Assembly (NCBI GenBank): GCA_965200265.1 | Contig: OZ241357.1 | Span: 194,131-258,130 of the forward strand | Source of the DNA: Alphaproteobacteria bacterium | Lineage (GTDB): Bacteria > Pseudomonadota > Alphaproteobacteria > UBA2966 | Direction: 5' to 3' | Length of the DNA: 64,000 nucleotides | Shown: in pieces, positions 59,528-64,000 of the stretch | Layout: the number at the start of each line of letters is the position of its first letter | Position numbering within the stretch: the first letter of the stretch is position 1 | The notes under the pieces: generated by a model | What the model was told of the DNA's origin: nothing | The model's input: the letters and a program-made list of their open reading frames with translations, nothing else | Database searches by the model: none | Made by a program: the position numbers and the translations under genes

Positions 59528-60439
59528 TCATTTCGGGACAGGCACCTGACGCAACGCGGCCTTTTCCTTCTTCGCCGTTTCGGTTCCCGTGAACCAGTCG
59601 CAGATCTCTTCTCCCGGCATGAAGATCGTGTCCGGGCGCTCCAGAAGGTAGTCCAGCATACGCCCGACCCAATGGGCGCGGTGCGCCTGCCCCATGAGGT
59701 AGTGGTGACAGGACATCGTCAGGACCCGGGGAGAGTCCGGGAGTTCCGGTTCGAGGCCCGCCACCATGTCGCGCATCCGGTTGTACTGTTCGTCCGGGCC
59801 GTGCCGGCCGACGTGATAGATGTAGGCGTCGTTGAGCTCGGCCGTGTAAGGCACGACGACGACGGGCCCGGCCTCCGTCGACATCCAGACCGGCAGATCG
59901 TCGATCACGCCCCAATCGGAGATGTATTCGACGCCCGCCGCCTTGAGCAGCTCGGGCGTGCGGGGAGACTCCTTCAGTCCGGGGCCGATCCAGCCACGCG
60001 CCGGCCGGCCCGTGAACGACCGAATCCGTTCGAGGGAGGCGTTGATGATCTCTTCCTCGTCGTCCTCCGGCATGGAGCGCTGGAACCTGCCGTGACCCTG
60101 AAACTCCCAGCCCGCCTCGAGCACGGCCTCGGCCACGTCCGGATACGCGTCGATGACGTCGGAGTTGATGCAGGCGACGGCCCGCACGCCCCGCTCCTTC
60201 AGCACGCGGACGAGACGGGGAAGGCCACAGCGCATCCCGTATTCCATCCAGGCGTAGTTGACGAGGTCGGGGACCGGGTCGAGGCCGTGGGGATTGGCGA
60301 GTATCTTCCGGGGTATCGGCTGGTCGTAGCGGAAAATCTCGATCGCCACCACGATCTGCACGATCAACGGCTTGCCGTCGGGCGGCGGAAGACGGCCCCT
60401 CTTCGGAGCGTACTGAAAACGAACGCGCGGATTGACCAT
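59528..60439 (-). CDS. polysaccharide deacetylase family protein (PuuE/NodB-like)
   Basis: Real start MVNPRVRFQY (ATG 60439, GAGGAG RBS). The rest of the 471-aa ORF upstream is Arg/Gly-rich read-through. Confidence 0.7.
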   Translation of the reverse strand: MVNPRVRFQYAPKRGRLPPPDGKPLIVQIVVAIEIFRYDQPIPRKILANPHGLDPVPDLVNYAWMEYGMRCGLPRLVRVLKERGVRAVACINSDVIDAYPDVAEAVLEAGWEFQGHGRFQRSMPEDDEEEIINASLERIRSFTGRPARGWIGPGLKESPRTPELLKAAGVEYISDWGVIDDLPVWMSTEAGPVVVVPYTAELNDAYIYHVGRHGPDEQYNRMRDMVAGLEPELPDSPRVLTMSCHHYLMGQAHRAHWVGRMLDYLLERPDTIFMPGEEICDWFTGTETAKKEKAALRQVPVPK

Positions 60440-60459
60440 TCGACCGGCTCCTCGAGTCT

Positions 60460-60966
60460 CTACAGGATCTCGTGGATCTCGTAGCCGGGACCCTCCTCGG
60501 TCCGGTCCCCGATGCCCACCGCGAGGATGGTGTTCATCCAGCCGTACTTGTCCGACGCCGTCTCGAAGAACGGGGCGATTCGGAAGTAGTACTCGGAAGC
60601 GTCGACGACGCCGCCCTCCAGATGGCGCCGCAGGACCTCCTCGGGACCGAGACGCAACCCGCGATAACGCATACCGATCAGGTGCCCGTCGTCGGTTTCC
60701 AGGGTCAGCCGGACGTCGAGCTCGGTCGCGTCGTCCGGCCGCCGGATCAGCCAATCGCTGCCGAACACGATTCGGCCCCGAAGGCGATCCCCTTCGAAAC
60801 GGCCGCCGGGAACGGGCATGACCCACCGGTAGCCGGACGGCGTGTTCCCGTATTCCAGCGGTCCGAGCGGCGGCTCGGGCGGCCGGATACGGAACGTCAT
60901 CAAATGGCGCGTCTTGATCCCGGACATCGCCCCCGCGCCCCAAGGATGGAATTCAGCGTAAGGCAT
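60460..60966 (-). CDS. DUF3237 domain-containing protein
   Basis: About 150-170-aa product (MPYAEFHPWG...GYEIHEIL) matching the DUF3237/UPF0311 beta-barrel family. The upstream 400 aa of the ORF is rejected as shadow. Confidence 0.55.
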   Translation of the reverse strand: MPYAEFHPWGAGAMSGIKTRHLMTFRIRPPEPPLGPLEYGNTPSGYRWVMPVPGGRFEGDRLRGRIVFGSDWLIRRPDDATELDVRLTLETDDGHLIGMRYRGLRLGPEEVLRRHLEGGVVDASEYYFRIAPFFETASDKYGWMNTILAVGIGDRTEEGPGYEIHEIL

Positions 60967-61095
60967 CGCCCCGCCCGAAACCAGCCCGTGAGACCTCCCC
61001 CTCTCGATGTGCAGTGAACGCGGTCGGTCGCTGGACCCGGCCATGGCCGCGCCATACAGTCGGCCGTGTGCGAAGCACGACGGGAGCGTTGAGCC

Positions 61096-62151
61096 GTGTC
61101 GGACCGGAAAGTCGCCCTGGTGATCGGCGCCACCGGAATCGTCGGCGGCAACATGGTCCGGTATCTCGATACGAAGGAGGAATGGCGGGTCGTCGGCCTG
61201 TCCCGACGCCGGCCCTATTACGACTCCACGGCGACCTTCATCTCCGTGGACCTCGGCGACGCCGCCGAGTGCCGGGCCAGGCTCGCCGGCCTCGACCGGG
61301 TGACCCACGTGTTCTTCGCCGGCTACACCGACCGCCCGACGTGGGCCGGGCAGGACGCCCCCAACCTCGCGCTTCTCGCCAACCCCATGGAGGTCGTCGA
61401 ACCGGTCGCGACCGGGCTCGAACACGTCTGCTCGCTTCAGGGGACCAAGGCCTACGGATCGCACCTGGGGCCCTTCAGGTCGCCGGCGAAGGAGAGCGAC
61501 CCGCGGCACATGCCGCCCAATTTCTATTACAGCCAGCAGGACTACCTGATCGAGAAGTCGAAGGGGAAGAACTGGTCGTGGTCGTGCGTGCGCCCGCACG
61601 CGGTGTGCGGATACGCGGTGGGGATCCCCATGAATCTGGTCTCGTGCATCGCCGTCTACGCCGCCATCTCGAAGGAGTTGGGGCTGCCCTTGCGATTCCC
61701 GGGCAGCGAGGTCACCTACCGCTCCATGTACATGGCCACGGAAGCGGGCCTGTTGGCGCGCGCCATGGAATGGGCGGCGACGACGCCCGCGTGCGCCGGT
61801 CGGGTCTTCAACGTCGTCAACGGCGACCACGTGCGTTTCGAGCACATGTGGCCGAAGTTCGCCGATTTCTTCGGCATGGAGGCGGGGCCGCCCCAGCGCA
61901 TCGATCTGTCGCTGATGATGGCCGACAAGGCGCCGCTCTGGGACGAAATCGTGCGCCGGCACGATCTCGTCCCCAACGCCTACGAGGATATGGCGCATTG
62001 GCCGTTCGCCCAGTACATCTTCAACAACGAGTGGGACATGATGTCGGATTCGACGAAGTGCCGGGAATTCGGCTTCCTGGATTTCGTCGATACCGAGCGC
62101 ATGTTCCTGGATCTGTTCGCCGAGCTCCGGGCCAACCGGATCATCCCGTAA
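61096..62151 (+). CDS. atypical SDR, progesterone 5-beta-reductase/iridoid synthase-like (PRISE) family
   Basis: GTG start. VALVIGATGIVGGNM Rossmann motif and the PRISE-diagnostic NFYYSQQDYL motif. Confidence 0.75.
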   Translation: MSDRKVALVIGATGIVGGNMVRYLDTKEEWRVVGLSRRRPYYDSTATFISVDLGDAAECRARLAGLDRVTHVFFAGYTDRPTWAGQDAPNLALLANPMEVVEPVATGLEHVCSLQGTKAYGSHLGPFRSPAKESDPRHMPPNFYYSQQDYLIEKSKGKNWSWSCVRPHAVCGYAVGIPMNLVSCIAVYAAISKELGLPLRFPGSEVTYRSMYMATEAGLLARAMEWAATTPACAGRVFNVVNGDHVRFEHMWPKFADFFGMEAGPPQRIDLSLMMADKAPLWDEIVRRHDLVPNAYEDMAHWPFAQYIFNNEWDMMSDSTKCREFGFLDFVDTERMFLDLFAELRANRIIP

Positions 62152-62189
62152 GGCGGGGGCGGGCCGCATCCGGCGGGAGGACGGCCGTC

Positions 62190-63245
62190 ATGACCGATCG
62201 CAACGTCGCGCTGGTGTTCGGCGCCAGCGGCATCATCGGGCGGGGGCTCCTCCGGTGCCTCGACGGTCTCAACGATTGGGACATCATCGGGGTCATGCGC
62301 GACCCTCCCGATTTCGAGACACGGGCCGAACACCTGCCCCTCGATCTGACGGACCGCGGCGCCTGCCTGACGGGTCTGAGGAACGCGCCGCGGGTCACGC
62401 ATGTGTTCTACGCCGCCTACAGGGACTTCCCCAGGTGGGAGGAAGCCGCCGAGCCCAACACCGGGATGTTCAGGAACGCGATGGACGGCCTGACGCGGAG
62501 TGCGCCCGACCTTCGGCACGTGCAGATCGTGCAAGGCGCGAAGTACTACGGCCGTCACCTGGGCCCCTACAAGACCCCGTCGAGGGAGGACGACCCCCGG
62601 CACATGCCGCCGAGCCTCTACTTCGGCCAGGAGGACTACCTGCGGGAGATCCGGGAAGGCCGGCCCTGGACGTGGTCCGCGGTCCGCCCCCAGGCCGTGT
62701 GTGGCCTGTCGATCGGCAACCCGCTGAACCTCACGTCCGTCGTGGCCGTCTACGCCGTCATCTCCAGGGAGCTCGGCCTGCCGTTGCGCTGGCCCGGCAA
62801 ACCGGCGGCCTGGCGCGCGATCTACCAGGTCACCGACAACGAACTCCTGGGAAGGTCGATGGTCTGGGCGGCGACGACGCCGGAATGTGCCGACCAGGCC
62901 TTCAACATCACGAACGGCGACGTGTTCCGTTGGGAGCACGTGTGGGAGCGCATCGCCGGGTACTTCGACATGGAGACCGGACCGCCGCAACGGATCGACC
63001 TCGCCACGACGATGGCGGACAAGGGACCGCTCTGGAACGAGATCGTCGAAAGGTACGGTCTCGCGCCCACGCCGTTCGAGAAGGCCGCGAACTGGGCCTT
63101 CGGAGACTACGCCTTCGGCTCCGATTGGGACGTCTGCATGGACACCACCAAATGCCGCCGGGCCGGGTTCCTCGACGTCGTGGACACGGAAGAGATGTTC
63201 GTCCGCCAGTTCGACGAGCTGCGCGCGGCGCGGATCATCCCCTGA
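62190..63245 (+). CDS. atypical SDR, PRISE family, tandem paralogue
   Basis: ATG 62190 with GGGAGG upstream. Same 351-aa length and motif set (VALVFGASGIIG, SLYFGQEDYL) as the upstream paralogue. Confidence 0.75.
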   Translation: MTDRNVALVFGASGIIGRGLLRCLDGLNDWDIIGVMRDPPDFETRAEHLPLDLTDRGACLTGLRNAPRVTHVFYAAYRDFPRWEEAAEPNTGMFRNAMDGLTRSAPDLRHVQIVQGAKYYGRHLGPYKTPSREDDPRHMPPSLYFGQEDYLREIREGRPWTWSAVRPQAVCGLSIGNPLNLTSVVAVYAVISRELGLPLRWPGKPAAWRAIYQVTDNELLGRSMVWAATTPECADQAFNITNGDVFRWEHVWERIAGYFDMETGPPQRIDLATTMADKGPLWNEIVERYGLAPTPFEKAANWAFGDYAFGSDWDVCMDTTKCRRAGFLDVVDTEEMFVRQFDELRAARIIP

Positions 63246-63326
63246 GTGTCCGTCCCGGAATGAAGTGAGGGTGCGTCGGAGGGAGGAATGGCGAACGGGC
63301 AGGATCGATATATTCCGGGACGGACA

Positions 63327-64000
63327 CTAACCGAGGCCGACGAGCGCCTCCGCGAATCTCTCGGCGTCGAACGGCTGAAGATCCTCGATCCCCTCCCCGA
63401 CGCCGACGGCGTGCACCGGCAGCCCGAACCTGTCGGCGGCGGCCACCAGCACGCCTCCCTTCGCGGTTCCGTCGAGCTTGGTCATCACGAGTCCCGTGAC
63501 GTCGCAGACCTCCCGAAAGACCTCGACCTGCCGCAGGGCGTTCTGTCCCGTGGTCGCGTCGAGCACGAGCAGCACGCTGTGGGGCGCGGAGTCGTCCAGC
63601 TTGCCCAGCACGCGGACGATCTTTTCCAACTCCGCCATGAGGTCCGACCTGTTGTGCAGGCGCCCGGCCGTGTCGATCAGGAGCGCGTCGGCGCTCCGGG
63701 ACCGGGCCTGCAGGAAGGCGTCATGGGCGAGACCGGCGGCGTCCGCGCCCGGTTCCCGCGCGACGACCTCGGCGCCGGACCGTTCACCCCAGATCCGGAT
63801 CTGCTCGATCGCCGCGGCGCGGAAGGTATCCCCCGCCGCGATGACCGTGACGCATCCCCGGTGCCGAAGGCCGTGGGCGAGCTTGCCGATCGTGGTGGTC
63901 TTGCCCGTGCCGTTGACGCCGACGACCAGCGCGACGTGCGGCTTGCGGGAGGCGTCGACCTCGAAGGGAACCGCCACCGGCCGGAGGATCCCGGCGATTT
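63327..64000 (-). CDS. ftsY: signal recognition particle-docking protein FtsY, C-terminal NG domain; gene start lies beyond the window
   Basis: GVNGTGKTTTIGKLA (G1), DTAGR, and TKLDGTAKGG (G4). The stop is at 63327 and the ORF runs off the window end. Confidence 0.85.
   Translation of the reverse strand, partial: IAGILRPVAVPFEVDASRKPHVALVVGVNGTGKTTTIGKLAHGLRHRGCVTVIAAGDTFRAAAIEQIRIWGERSGAEVVAREPGADAAGLAHDAFLQARSRSADALLIDTAGRLHNRSDLMAELEKIVRVLGKLDDSAPHSVLLVLDATTGQNALRQVEVFREVCDVTGLVMTKLDGTAKGGVLVAAADRFGLPVHAVGVGEGIEDLQPFDAERFAEALVGLG

Overview
This is a very GC-rich bacterial chromosomal segment; gene content and codon bias look alphaproteobacterial. It is densely coding, with many long antisense shadow ORFs that I rejected. 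I recognised about 60 genes. No rRNA, tRNA or CRISPR array was recognised. The main blocks, in order, are: (i) a partial AcnX-type hydratase, an SCP-x-like thiolase, a DUF35 protein and an MFS transporter. (ii) A co-directional minus-strand cluster linking a beta-oxidation-like operon (thiolase, 3-hydroxyacyl-CoA dehydrogenase/enoyl-CoA hydratase fusion, DmdC-type long acyl-CoA dehydrogenase, family III CoA-transferase, small membrane protein) to sulfoacetaldehyde acetyltransferase (xsc) and phosphate acetyltransferase (pta). No taurine genes accompany it. (iii) CcdA, a VOC protein, an EamA transporter and an orphan Liv-type substrate-binding protein. (iv) A lower-GC two-gene operon. The first gene encodes a 1254-aa protein with GT2, a second GT-A-like domain, a protein-kinase-like domain with a degenerate catalytic loop, and a SAM methyltransferase domain. 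The second gene, translationally coupled, encodes a LOG/SLOG-like Rossmann domain fused to a NodB-type polysaccharide deacetylase. This is the best candidate for an undescribed glycan-modification system. (v) Assorted redox and sulfur-related genes: PPOX-family protein, TusA-like protein, 1-Cys peroxiredoxin, SDR, two alpha/beta hydrolases, a three-subunit molybdenum hydroxylase, a signal-peptide-less Cys-type sulfatase, a flavodoxin-like protein, DUF1223 and acnA. (vi) A Liv-type ABC transporter flanked by two acyl-CoA ligases. (vii) A complete ccmABCDEFGHI cytochrome c maturation operon. (viii) A lower-GC type II restriction-modification pair. (ix) A CDO-like thiol dioxygenase, yciB, deacetylase, DUF3237, two tandem PRISE-type SDR paralogues and the 3' part of ftsY. 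Domain calls rest on recognisable motifs in the translated ORFs and are not database-verified.
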